NCBI GenBank assembly: GCA_028688055.1
Contig: JAQTYZ010000001.1
Span: 114,910-178,909, forward strand
Source of the DNA: Patescibacteria group bacterium
Lineage (GTDB): Bacteria > Patescibacteriota > Patescibacteriia > Buchananbacterales > UBA6539
Direction of reading: 5' to 3'
Length of the DNA stretch: 64,000 nt
Of the stretch, positions 1 through 9,593 are shown in pieces (the stretch's first letter is position 1; every line of letters begins with the position of its first letter). A program made the position numbers and the translations under genes. Under the pieces are notes generated by a model. That model was not told the origin of the DNA and searched no databases. It saw only the letters and a program-made list of their open reading frames with translations.

Positions 1-1
1 T

Positions 2-658
2 ATAAATTTAAAGTATGCTTATAGTATTGTAAAAAAATCTAAATTTATAAAAAATTATGCTGATGGTATTGATTTGGATGTTAGCAACTCGTTGATTGAA
101 GGTAATCAATTATTTGATAACGGAAATGACGGTGTTGATGTTTCCTCGGGGCAGCCGTTAATCATCAATAATCTAATTAAGGGATCAGGCGACAAGTGTG
201 TCAGTTTGGGTGAGCATACCCAGGCCATTGTTTTTAATAATATTTTAAACGGTTGCAACTATGGTTTTGCCGCCAAAGACAGTTCAACACCATTGATCGC
301 CAATAATACGATTGTTAACAACAATATTGGTATTGCTGGTTATCAAAAGAAACAAATTTTTGGCGGATCAAAGTCAACGCTAATTAATAATATAATTTGG
401 GATAACAAGGCACTGTCTGAATTAGATGCTAAATCAAGCGTTAGCCTCACATTTTCCGACATTCAAAATGGCGGTTGGGAAGGGGAGGGTAATATTTCAG
501 TTGAGCCCAAATTTGATGCCAATTATCGTTTAGAGGCGGCTAGTCCGTTGAGACAAGCTGGCACAAAAAATGGGTTGGAAGCTTTATTGCCAGCCGATTT
601 AAATATTATACCAATTGGTATAATTGACAATATTTTTGATTCAAACCAGATTCATTGA
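2..658 (+). CDS. Right-handed parallel beta-helix repeat protein, C-terminal part (5'-truncated by window edge)
   Basis: Frame is open from position 2 (INLKYAYSIV...DGIDLDVSN). Asn/Gly-rich beta-helix repeats such as DGVDVS, DKCVSLGE and IANNTIVNN. Confidence 0.75.
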   Translation: MNLKYAYSIVKKSKFIKNYADGIDLDVSNSLIEGNQLFDNGNDGVDVSSGQPLIINNLIKGSGDKCVSLGEHTQAIVFNNILNGCNYGFAAKDSSTPLIANNTIVNNNIGIAGYQKKQIFGGSKSTLINNIIWDNKALSELDAKSSVSLTFSDIQNGGWEGEGNISVEPKFDANYRLEAASPLRQAGTKNGLEALLPADLNIIPIGIIDNIFDSNQIH

Positions 659-664
659 TAAAAA

Positions 665-2464
665 TTAAGTTTGATCATCATTTCTAATATTAAAAACTTT
701 GTAGTAGTATGAATTCTTATTTTTTAGGAGTTCATCAGGATTGCCCATCTCAACAATATTGCCATTATCTAAGACAATTAACCGGTCGGAATTTTTCACA
801 GTCGATAAACGATGGGCGATTGCAATGACCGTTGTTTTTCCTTTTAAACCCTCAATTGATTTTTGGATGAGAACCTCTGATTCATTATCAAGGGCGCTGG
901 TCGCCTCGTCGAGAATTAAAATCGCTGGTTTTCTAGCCAATGTTCTGGCTAGTATTATCCGTTGCCTTTGTCCGCCGGAAAGCATAATACCTCGTTCGCC
1001 GATAATTGAATCGAATTGATCAGGTAAACTAACAATAAAATCATAGATTTGGGCATCGCGAGCAGCTTGAATTACGTCGTCATTGGTTAGATCTTGATTA
1101 TAAAATTTTATGTTGTTTTTAATGGTGTCATTTATTAAAAAAATATCCTGAGAAACGTAGCCGATATTTTTTCTCCACGAAGTTAGTTCGACAGCTTCAA
1201 TATTTATATTATCTAATTTAATTTCGCCGTTCGTTGGTTTGAATAATCTTAAGAGTAGATCAACAAGGGTGGTTTTGCCGGCACCGGATGGACCGATTAT
1301 ACCTACCATTTCTCCTTTTTTTATCTCAAAGTTTATATTATTTAAAACTTTTTTATTGTTATTATACTTGAATTCGACGTTATTAATTGAGAGCGTGTTA
1401 TTGAGGCTAAATTCTTTACCCCCCTTGTTTGTTTCAAATTCAATTTCCAGAATTTCGTTATACTTGATGACATTTTCTAAGTAGGGGATAAAAGTGTTTA
1501 TATTATGAAGTTTATTTTGACCTGATTGAACATAAGCAAACATTTTCTGCACCAGATATATAATTACCGCAAATGATGCAAAATTAAATTCCGAGGTAGT
1601 ATAAAATAAAACAAAGATGCCTAAGATAAAAAATATTGACATTAGCTGGATGGTGTCGGAAGTGAATTCAATCAAAAGCATTTTTTTTACGTATAGGCCT
1701 CTAAAAATTTTAAAGAAATTGTTACTCTTTTCAATTATTCCATCCTGGTCTGGTAGAGATTTAATCGTCTTCATACCGTAAGCGTTTTCATTTATGAAAG
1801 CGGCCGCATCTTTCATAGTCTCAGTTTCTTTTTTAGCTAAAACCCTGGTCTGGTAAATAAGAGGTTTAAAAATTAGAAAAATTGAAGCGCCAACAGTCAG
1901 CGTGAGCAGGGTTATGGTTATTGAAATATTTATTGCCACCACGGTATAAATTAGTAGGCTGACGCCTACTAAAATAAGCTCCGTGACGTAAGAAAGTAGG
2001 TTGGTGGCGTTGGTCGTATCAACCATTATCGTTTTTTCTAGATAGCCGGTTTTTTGATTAAGTAAATAAGACCATTTGGCTGCTAATGTCTTTTTGAATA
2101 GTTCGCCCCTTGTTTTTTTTTCATAATTGGAGACGATTTTCATTTTGAGAAAATAAAATAAAAACGAAGCAATAAATTTAAATGTGAAAAGTACGGGAAT
2201 AAATATCAAAATTGATTTTAGGCTGTATGGTAAATGAAAAAAAGTAAATAGATTTTTTATTAAGGCCGATATTTTGTCTGTGGCCGGGAATTGATTGTTT
2301 GAAATAAATGCAAATAGCGGAATAATGGCGTTAATTCCAATGCCCTCCATAATTCCGACGAAAAGACTAATGCTAGTCAAAATTAAAATTTGAGCTTTGT
2401 ATCGGCCGTAAGCTTTTTTAAATAGGGTTACGGTTAGAAATATTTTGTTTGCACTTTTTGTCAT
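665..2464 (-). CDS. ABC transporter, fused permease/ATPase (MsbA/PglK-like, possible lipid-linked glycan flippase)
   Basis: N-terminal TM domain, Walker A GPSGAGKT, signature LSGGQRQR, Walker B ILDEATSALD, IAHRLST. Lies in a glycan-synthesis region. Confidence 0.85.
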   Translation of the reverse strand: MTKSANKIFLTVTLFKKAYGRYKAQILILTSISLFVGIMEGIGINAIIPLFAFISNNQFPATDKISALIKNLFTFFHLPYSLKSILIFIPVLFTFKFIASFLFYFLKMKIVSNYEKKTRGELFKKTLAAKWSYLLNQKTGYLEKTIMVDTTNATNLLSYVTELILVGVSLLIYTVVAINISITITLLTLTVGASIFLIFKPLIYQTRVLAKKETETMKDAAAFINENAYGMKTIKSLPDQDGIIEKSNNFFKIFRGLYVKKMLLIEFTSDTIQLMSIFFILGIFVLFYTTSEFNFASFAVIIYLVQKMFAYVQSGQNKLHNINTFIPYLENVIKYNEILEIEFETNKGGKEFSLNNTLSINNVEFKYNNNKKVLNNINFEIKKGEMVGIIGPSGAGKTTLVDLLLRLFKPTNGEIKLDNINIEAVELTSWRKNIGYVSQDIFLINDTIKNNIKFYNQDLTNDDVIQAARDAQIYDFIVSLPDQFDSIIGERGIMLSGGQRQRIILARTLARKPAILILDEATSALDNESEVLIQKSIEGLKGKTTVIAIAHRLSTVKNSDRLIVLDNGNIVEMGNPDELLKNKNSYYYKVFNIRNDDQT

Positions 2465-2496
2465 GGTGGAGCTAAACTAATAAATAATGATTTATC

Positions 2497-2742
2497 TTAC
2501 CAGCGATTAATTTTATTGACCACCTTTTTTTTAACTTTTTGGTAGGTATCAATTGATTTCTGCTCTAGTTCGGGTGAGATAACACGCAGCATTTCTTTAC
2601 CCAAAATTCGATATTGACCACCAACTTTATTGGCTCTGATGAGCCCCTTTTTCAGTAATCGCTTCATCGTTGAAGGGCTAATTTTTAGTAAGGCTTGGAC
2701 TTCGGTCGTGGTGTATACTTCTAAAGGCTTTATCTCCGGCAT
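2497..2742 (-). CDS. Excisionase-family (HTH_17 / BldC-like) DNA-binding protein
   Basis: YTTTEVQALLKISPSTMKRLLKKGLIRANKVGGQYRI fits the Xis/MerR-like winged HTH pattern. Confidence 0.8.
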   Translation of the reverse strand: MPEIKPLEVYTTTEVQALLKISPSTMKRLLKKGLIRANKVGGQYRILGKEMLRVISPELEQKSIDTYQKVKKKVVNKINRW

Positions 2743-2768
2743 AATTTTAGATCTAAAAATAACCCTTT

Positions 2769-2800
2769 AATAGTATCAAAAGGTATCAAAAGGTGTCAAG
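2769..2800 (-). promoter_or_regulatory. Sigma70-type promoter of the HTH gene overlapped by three 10-bp-period direct repeats
   Basis: Minus strand reads TTGACA-18 nt-TACTAT with TG in the extended -10 position. Plus strand 2771-2800 is TAGTATCAAA AGGTATCAAA AGGTGTCAAG. Confidence 0.6.
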
Positions 2801-2821
2801 TTTTTTGGAAAAAATTGAATT

Positions 2822-4213
2822 TTATTGACCTTTTTGGCTTAGAACAATTCTGATTGTCTTAAGTAAAATACTGATGTCTAGTCCAAGCGAGCGATTTTTA
2901 ATATAAAATAAATCATATTGTAGCTTCTCTAGTGTTTCGTCTTTTGACCCGCCATACGATGGTCCGACGACTTGCGCCCAGCCAGTTAAGCCGGGTTTAA
3001 TCAGTAGCCGTTCATTATAGAATGGAATTTGACTTGATAATTGGTCAACGAATTCTGGTCTTTCTGGCCTCGGTCCAACTAAACTCATTTCTCCCTTGAT
3101 AACATTTATTAACTGAGGGATTTCGTCAATTCTTGTTTTGCGCAAGAATTTTCCGAGTTTGGTAATTCTTGAGTCATTCTCTGAGGCCCACTGCGGACCA
3201 AACTTTTCTGCATCGATAATCATCGTTCTAAATTTAATAACTTTAAATTTTTTACTGTTTTTGCCAGTTCTAGTTTGAGTAAAAAATACTGGACCATGAC
3301 TGCTCAGCTTTATTGCTAATGAAATAATTGGAATAAATGGTAATAAAATTATAAACATTAATAGTGCAAATAGAATGTCACAAATTTTTTTTATTTTTTC
3401 ATAAAGATTTTTGTTGTTTTCAGTCAAATTTTCGAGAAACCAAATCTGTTCAATTATCGTAACCGGAATTTTACCAGTAATTTTTTCATAAAAATTAGTT
3501 ATATCAAAAAAATCAATTTTAAGGGGGATACACTCAAACAAGCTTTTCAGTAGCGCCTGGTTATCGCGTGGGTTAATGGTTGAAACAATGATGTTGGTCT
3601 TGTGATCTAAGCAAATATTTTTTAGTTCCGCGTAACCTCTCGCTTCTAAGTAATGTTTGAATGGCTGGGGTATCTCAGCTTGATCAGTGCTGATAATACT
3701 TTTTATTTGTAAACCGAGCTGAGGGGTTGATTCAATCGTTTTAATGATTTCTTCAGCTAGCCGATTAAAGCCCACTAAAATAACCCCGTTTGCTCGCTTG
3801 CGTGATCGAACAATGGAATTGAATATTAGCCGCCATATTAAAATAAGAATTATTGCTATAGCTAGGTAGATGAGCAGCACTCGTTGGGGTTTAATGGTAA
3901 AAAATCTATCGGCCGTAAAGTAGAAAAAAACAATAGCAATAAGTCCGTTAATTATTGTCCCACGTATTAGCTTGTTAATTAATGAAACTAAACCTTGGCC
4001 AAAGGTAAGTTCATATAGGTCGTCAATGTAGAATATTATCAGCCAAGTTAAAAATATTATACTAAATGGTATCAAGTGTTGGTTCCAGACGCCGTAATTA
4101 AACTTAGGCCAGTAGCGTATTAAAAGTGTTAGCCATAACGAAAAATAGAGGATAATTATATCCCCAAAAATCAAAAAAATCTTTTTATTTCCGGTGAGTG
4201 AGCTATTGGTCAT
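2822..4213 (-). CDS. Polyprenyl glycosylphosphotransferase (WbaP/WcaJ-type initiating sugar transferase)
   Basis: N-terminal TMs, then KFRTM and RIDEIPQLINVIKGEMSLVGPRPE, PGLTGWAQV and YDLFYI motifs. Confidence 0.9.
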   Translation of the reverse strand: MTNSSLTGNKKIFLIFGDIIILYFSLWLTLLIRYWPKFNYGVWNQHLIPFSIIFLTWLIIFYIDDLYELTFGQGLVSLINKLIRGTIINGLIAIVFFYFTADRFFTIKPQRVLLIYLAIAIILILIWRLIFNSIVRSRKRANGVILVGFNRLAEEIIKTIESTPQLGLQIKSIISTDQAEIPQPFKHYLEARGYAELKNICLDHKTNIIVSTINPRDNQALLKSLFECIPLKIDFFDITNFYEKITGKIPVTIIEQIWFLENLTENNKNLYEKIKKICDILFALLMFIILLPFIPIISLAIKLSSHGPVFFTQTRTGKNSKKFKVIKFRTMIIDAEKFGPQWASENDSRITKLGKFLRKTRIDEIPQLINVIKGEMSLVGPRPERPEFVDQLSSQIPFYNERLLIKPGLTGWAQVVGPSYGGSKDETLEKLQYDLFYIKNRSLGLDISILLKTIRIVLSQKGQ

Positions 4214-4233
4214 AGTGGTTAATTGATAGTTAG

Positions 4234-4304
4234 ATTATAGTATAAAAATAGCTTTTGGTCAATTAATGGTGATATTTGATAAAAGGTTTAAATTTTGTTA
4301 AAAT
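4234..4304. promoter_or_regulatory. Divergent sigma70 promoter pair
   Basis: Minus strand: TTGACC(4262-4257)-17-TATAAT(4239-4234). Plus strand: TTGATA(4276)-17-TAAAAT(4299) with TG extension. Confidence 0.55.
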
Positions 4305-4338
4305 ATAGTTACTTTTTGATTTATTTTTTTTATTTGAT

Positions 4339-6822
4339 ATGGGATTAAAAGATCGGCTCAGTCATGTGTTGTTAGGTATAATAAACGCGGGGGTAATGTT
4401 TTCGCTTTTTTTGCCTATTGTAATGAACAGTCAGTTTTTCTTTCCGTTCATTGTCCCAAAAAATATTGCGTTTCACATAACCGCCGAGGTTATTTTTATT
4501 GCCTATTTAATTTTAGCTCACCTTAATTCTCGGTACCGCTTCCGTGCTTGGCGGTCAAAGTTAGTTTGGGCGGTCGTAGCTTTTTTTGTTATAAATATAA
4601 TTGCTAGTTTATCGGGTATTGGTCTTTACAGCAGTTTTTGGGGTAATTACGAAAGGATGAGCGGGTTATTCCATTTGCTCCATTTGCTTTTATTCTTTTT
4701 GGTTATTGTTGGAACATTTAGGGATAAATCAGACTGGCATCGACTTTTTACCTTCTCCGTTTTTACCAGTATTTTAATGGCGTTTCTTGGTTTTGCCCAA
4801 GTTATCAATACGCCATTTTTGTTAAAATCTTCTGGCGGCCAGCGCGTTACTGGGACCGTTGGTAACCCGGATTTTTTCGCCGCTTACTTAATATTTAATT
4901 TATTTTTCTTACTTTATTTTATCGCCAAGGAAAAGCGCTTGGACATTAAACTATTTTTTTACAGTTTTTTGACTTTTGACATTATTGCAATTGGGTCTTC
5001 CATTTTGTATCAGCTGGCACCCGAAGCAGATTGGGGAATATTGAGTTTTTTAAGAACCTCCCTGATTCAGCAGGCGGTTAATCTGCATCTTTTCTTCTTT
5101 AGCTATTTACTATTGCAAGGTGGGGTAGCCGTTGTCTGGTTCTATCGTCAACGACCACAGCTGATTCGTGGTTTGTTGTCAGTTATTTTCATCTTTGAAT
5201 TTTTTGTTTTTTATAATACCCAAACAAGAGGGGCCATTGTTGGTTTGATGGTTGGCTTGTTTGTGCTAGCATTAGCTGGAATTTTTACGATAAAAAATCG
5301 TCCGGCCAAAATTGCTTTTGGTCTGTTTTTGGCCGCGATTATTGCCACTCCTTTTTTAATTTTTGAATTCCGTAATAGTGCGATTGTCCAAAATAATGGT
5401 ACCTTAAATCGATTGGCAACAATTTCGACAACCGATATTACAACTGAGTCTCGATTGGCAACGTGGGATGCTAGCTGGCTAGGCTGGAAGGAAAATACTA
5501 AAACTTTTTTAATTGGCTACGGTCCTGAAAATTATTACTATGTCTTTAATAAGTATTTTCCAGTTCAAATTTATAAAGATAACGGTTCGCAAATCTGGTT
5601 TGACCGGGCTCACAATATTGTCTTTGATCTTGGGGTCACGACCGGGATTATTGGTCTTTATACCTATTTATTGATTTTACTTTTAGCAGCGTACTATCTG
5701 GCTAAGAGTTTTTGGCAGAATAAATCAATTAGCTCGAGCTGGTTAATGGTCTCATTGCTGGTCGCCTATTTCGTTCAGAATTTTTTCGTGTTTGATACTT
5801 TTAACACTGAAATCCTTTTTTATTTACTGATTGGCTTTGCTGTTTTTGTTTCCTCGAGTTTTAGCCGTGATGAAAGTGAACCGGAGAATGAGGTGTCATC
5901 CGAGCCAAATTATATTTATCTTGCGACGCTTATCATCGTTTTACTTTTTGGTGTCTTCGCTATTAATGTCAGAATTCTCAATGCTAACCATGCTATTTAC
6001 CGCGCCTTAATAGCCGATCGGGACGACCCCAAGCTGGCCATTGAAGATTTTAAAAAATCAATCAGCGGTTCGCTGACTGGTGTCTTTGAAGCAAGGCAGC
6101 AATTTAGTAATTTGGCAACTGACGTGGCAAAAAATAAAAAATTATCGGTAGCGGAAATTACGGATCTCGCCAATAGCGCTGCTAATGAACTGGAGAAAAG
6201 TGTCAAGGAAGAGCCATTAAATATTCGACACCAGATGTGGATTGCCGCCTATTATAACTCAATGAGCTCGGTGGTGAGTAGTTTTCCCAGCCGCGCTGTT
6301 GACTTATTGGAAGCTAATATTGGCTTGAGTCCATCGCGTCCGCAACTTTATTTCGAAATTGCCCAAGGCTATGCTTTGACTGGTAAGCTTGATAAGGCTC
6401 AAACTTATTTTGAGTATGGTGTTGATTTAGCGCCGAGTGTTATTGACTCTCGGTGGATATTGATGACTTTTTACATTATTACTGGCAAAGTCGATTTGGC
6501 CGACGCTCAATATCAAAAAATGTTGGCTTTAGGTTTAGTCCCTAAAGTTGCTGATTTCGCTAGAGTCGTTGACGCTTATTCGCGAGTTAGCAATTATGAC
6601 AAGATGGTTGAATTCCAGTTAAAAATTTTAGCCCTTGAGCCTTCGGCCCAGAATTATGCAAGACTAGCGGCTATCTATGCTAAAATGGGTGAAGATGATA
6701 AAGCCAAAGAGGCCACTGGACAGGCGGTTTCAATCAGCCCTAGTTTTACTAGTCAGGCGCAACAATTTTTGCAGGACTTAGCGGCTGGAAAATTGGTCGA
6801 TAAGAATTATAAAAAGAAATAA
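4339..6822 (+). CDS. O-antigen ligase-like (Wzy_C) membrane protein with C-terminal TPR repeats
   Basis: Many TMs, GTVGNPDFFAAY, TQTRGA, GYGPENY and DRAHN motifs; TPR-like helices after about residue 550. Confidence 0.8.
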   Translation: MGLKDRLSHVLLGIINAGVMFSLFLPIVMNSQFFFPFIVPKNIAFHITAEVIFIAYLILAHLNSRYRFRAWRSKLVWAVVAFFVINIIASLSGIGLYSSFWGNYERMSGLFHLLHLLLFFLVIVGTFRDKSDWHRLFTFSVFTSILMAFLGFAQVINTPFLLKSSGGQRVTGTVGNPDFFAAYLIFNLFFLLYFIAKEKRLDIKLFFYSFLTFDIIAIGSSILYQLAPEADWGILSFLRTSLIQQAVNLHLFFFSYLLLQGGVAVVWFYRQRPQLIRGLLSVIFIFEFFVFYNTQTRGAIVGLMVGLFVLALAGIFTIKNRPAKIAFGLFLAAIIATPFLIFEFRNSAIVQNNGTLNRLATISTTDITTESRLATWDASWLGWKENTKTFLIGYGPENYYYVFNKYFPVQIYKDNGSQIWFDRAHNIVFDLGVTTGIIGLYTYLLILLLAAYYLAKSFWQNKSISSSWLMVSLLVAYFVQNFFVFDTFNTEILFYLLIGFAVFVSSSFSRDESEPENEVSSEPNYIYLATLIIVLLFGVFAINVRILNANHAIYRALIADRDDPKLAIEDFKKSISGSLTGVFEARQQFSNLATDVAKNKKLSVAEITDLANSAANELEKSVKEEPLNIRHQMWIAAYYNSMSSVVSSFPSRAVDLLEANIGLSPSRPQLYFEIAQGYALTGKLDKAQTYFEYGVDLAPSVIDSRWILMTFYIITGKVDLADAQYQKMLALGLVPKVADFARVVDAYSRVSNYDKMVEFQLKILALEPSAQNYARLAAIYAKMGEDDKAKEATGQAVSISPSFTSQAQQFLQDLAAGKLVDKNYKKK

Positions 6823-9078
6823 ATGCTTTTTTTTGATTTTGTAAAATCGAGGAAAATATTTTTAGCGTCCGCGATTTTTTTTGTTTCATTTTTTTATTTT
6901 GTTGGCAGCACTTTTGCTGAAAGTCCAAAAGTCAATTATCGTTTGGGAGAAATTTTAGTTAAATTTAAAAGCTCGGATGAATTATATAAACTAAAAGTTC
7001 CAACTGACTCAGACCTTGAGGCGATTATTAAGTCATATAAAATTCGAGACGACGTTGAATATATCGAGCCAAATTATTTATTTAAAGCCGCTTCATTTCC
7101 CAACGACCCAGACTTTACGCTTCAATGGTATCTAACGGCGATCAATGACACTGCTTTTTGGTCTAAGGAATTATTACTCAGGGAACAGGAGGGCATAGCT
7201 CGAAAATCGGTCATTGCGGTTTTGGATACCGGGGTCTACTTAGATCATCCGGATTTAAAATCTAAAATTTGGAACAATAAAGCTGAGCGACCAAATGATA
7301 ATGCCGATAATGATGGTAATGGGTATATTGATGATATCCATGGCTGGGATTTCGTTGACAACGATTCAGATCCAGACCCGACTTTTATTGGCACCTATGT
7401 GGCCGACGCGGTTAAACATGGCACGATTGTTGCTGGTATTGCGGCCGCGGCAACCAATAACAATTTGGGCATAGCCGGAACCAGTTGGTTTGCTCAAATT
7501 ATGCCCCTCAGAGTTTTGGATAGCTCCGGTAACGGTGATGTCTATAAGGTGGTGAAGGCGGTTGATTACGCCATTAATAATGGTGCTGATGTTATCAATA
7601 TGAGTTTTGTGGGGAATACTCCAAGTCAGCCGCTACTCGACGCAATTAAAAGGGCTTATGCCAAAAATGTTTTAGTTGTCGCAGCGGCCGGAAATACCAA
7701 CCAGGATATTAATGGTCAGAATTTAGATGAAGCAAAATCATACCCAGTTTGCTATGACGGTGATGTTGGAGAAAATATGGTTATCGGTGTGGCGGCAGTC
7801 GGCCGGCAGCTTATAAAATCTTCATTCTCGAGTTATGGCAGTTGTATTGATATCGCGGCGCCAGGAGAGGATATCTATTCGACCCAAGTCTATCAACCGT
7901 CAGTCAGCGGCTTTGATCAATATTATAATGGTTTCTGGTCAGGCACTTCATTGTCTGCGCCACAAGTAAGTGGCGTTATTGCAGCCATCAAGGCGTTACG
8001 ACCAAATTTTAGTGCGGCGACTTTACGTGATATCATCTTAGGCAGTGCTAAGGATATTAATAGTTACAACCCTCTGTACCAGGGAAAATTAGGGGCGGGT
8101 TTATTGGATGCCGGTAAGGCGCTCGAGATGGCCCTGGGTCAAAAAATTACCACCACCAAGAGTGGGCAGAATAATTATGTGATTGCCGGTTTAGGCAATG
8201 GGTCATTTCCTCAAATTAAAATTTTAAAAACTGACGGTACGGTTTTTAAGTCATTTTTTGCCTATAGTCCATATTTCACCGGTCCGATTAATATTGCCGC
8301 TGGGGATGTCAATGGTGATGGCATTGAAGATGTGGTAACCGCGGCAGGTATCGGCGGTGGGCCTCATATTCGAATTTTTAATATTAATGGCCAATTAATT
8401 TCGCAGTTTTTTGCCTATAACGTCAGCTCGCGCGGCGGTGCTTATTTAGCTGTCGGTGATGTCAATGGTGATGGCATTGATGAGATTGTAACCGGTGCTG
8501 GCCGGGGTCTGGCGCCGGAGGTAAAAGTGTTTGATTATAAAGGCAGACTGCTAAGTCATTTTATGGCGTATGCGCCTAATTTTCATGGTGGTGTAAGAAT
8601 CGCGCTTGGCGATGTTAATAAAGACGGAAAAGCTGAGCTTGTCACTGGGGTCGGTCCTGGCGGTGGGCCTCATGTCAGAATATTTGATCAGTCCGGCGTC
8701 TTGGTATCACAATTTTTTGCTTTCAATCAGGATTTTCGTGGCGGCATCAGTGTCGGCGCCGGTGATGTCAACGGCGACGGCGTTGCTGACGTGGTGGTTG
8801 GTGCCGGAGCTGGTACGGTGCCAACGGTTAGAGTTTTCTATTACAATGGCATAATGTTAAATAGTTTTTTCGCCTTTGACTCAAGTTTTTTAAAAGGTAT
8901 TAATGTAGCCGTGGCTGACGTTGATAATAATGGGTCAAGTAGTATCTTGGTTGGCCAAGATGTTGGCGGTTCAGATCAAATTAGAATTTTTAGCTGGCAA
9001 GGTGATCTTAAGTATGATTTGCCGGTTCAGTTGGATCGCTATAAAGGTGGAGTCCGACCCGCCGTAATCCAATATTAG
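6823..9078 (+). CDS. Secreted subtilisin-like S8 serine peptidase with C-terminal FG-GAP-like repeats
   Basis: Signal peptide; catalytic motifs VIAVLDTG, HGTIVAG and SGTSLSAP; repeated GDVNGDG..GGGPH(I/V)RIF units. Confidence 0.9.
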   Translation: MLFFDFVKSRKIFLASAIFFVSFFYFVGSTFAESPKVNYRLGEILVKFKSSDELYKLKVPTDSDLEAIIKSYKIRDDVEYIEPNYLFKAASFPNDPDFTLQWYLTAINDTAFWSKELLLREQEGIARKSVIAVLDTGVYLDHPDLKSKIWNNKAERPNDNADNDGNGYIDDIHGWDFVDNDSDPDPTFIGTYVADAVKHGTIVAGIAAAATNNNLGIAGTSWFAQIMPLRVLDSSGNGDVYKVVKAVDYAINNGADVINMSFVGNTPSQPLLDAIKRAYAKNVLVVAAAGNTNQDINGQNLDEAKSYPVCYDGDVGENMVIGVAAVGRQLIKSSFSSYGSCIDIAAPGEDIYSTQVYQPSVSGFDQYYNGFWSGTSLSAPQVSGVIAAIKALRPNFSAATLRDIILGSAKDINSYNPLYQGKLGAGLLDAGKALEMALGQKITTTKSGQNNYVIAGLGNGSFPQIKILKTDGTVFKSFFAYSPYFTGPINIAAGDVNGDGIEDVVTAAGIGGGPHIRIFNINGQLISQFFAYNVSSRGGAYLAVGDVNGDGIDEIVTGAGRGLAPEVKVFDYKGRLLSHFMAYAPNFHGGVRIALGDVNKDGKAELVTGVGPGGGPHVRIFDQSGVLVSQFFAFNQDFRGGISVGAGDVNGDGVADVVVGAGAGTVPTVRVFYYNGIMLNSFFAFDSSFLKGINVAVADVDNNGSSSILVGQDVGGSDQIRIFSWQGDLKYDLPVQLDRYKGGVRPAVIQY
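8290..8990 (+). repeat. About five ~51-aa FG-GAP-like coding repeats
   Basis: AAGDVNGDG, AVGDVNGDG, ALGDVNKDG, GAGDVNGDG and AVADVDNNG. The DNA word GATGTCAATGGTGATGGCATTGA occurs twice. Confidence 0.75.
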
Positions 9079-9080
9079 TC

Positions 9081-9542
9081 ATGAACTTAAAGAAAATTAT
9101 TTTATCACAGCTGGAACGTTATTTGATGATGCGTCAGCTAATTAAATTTGCCATTGTCGGCGGATCGGCCGCCGCAATCAATTTTATTATTTATTATAGC
9201 CTAACAAAACATTTTAGTTTTTGGTATGTTTATTCTTCGGCGGCCGGTTTCACGATTTCCGCTATTTTTAATTTTACGTCAAATAAATTTTGGACCTTTC
9301 GGAACAAAGCGGCCGGTAAACACGCGTTGCGACAGGTGGCCAAGTTTGCGATTGTGATGATATCCGGTTTGGTGATAAATATGGTTATTATTTATTTCTT
9401 AACTGATATGGTTGGGATTGATTGGCGCTGGTCCTGGTTGTTGGCTAATGGGGTGGTAACTTTTTGGAGTTTTGGTTTTAATCGATTTTGGACTTTCCGT
9501 CATATAATCGCTACCGATTCAAATGGCTTGTCGTCGGAATGA
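9081..9542 (+). CDS. GtrA family flippase-like membrane protein
   Basis: QLIKFAIVG, FNFTSNKFWTF and FNRFWTF; four TMs. Confidence 0.85.
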   Translation: MNLKKIILSQLERYLMMRQLIKFAIVGGSAAAINFIIYYSLTKHFSFWYVYSSAAGFTISAIFNFTSNKFWTFRNKAAGKHALRQVAKFAIVMISGLVINMVIIYFLTDMVGIDWRWSWLLANGVVTFWSFGFNRFWTFRHIIATDSNGLSSE

Positions 9543-9593
9543 AAAAAAGTTATAATAGCAGCAGTTTTTAGGCAGTTTAATTTATAAAAATTT

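Noticed and set aside
2497-2742. Excisionase as evidence of a prophage or integrative element
   Set aside because: No integrase, att-like repeat, tRNA or phage gene nearby.
8290-8990. Recurring DNA words as a possible CRISPR or DGR repeat
   Set aside because: They are coding FG-GAP repeats; there is no spacer structure, cas gene or reverse transcriptase.
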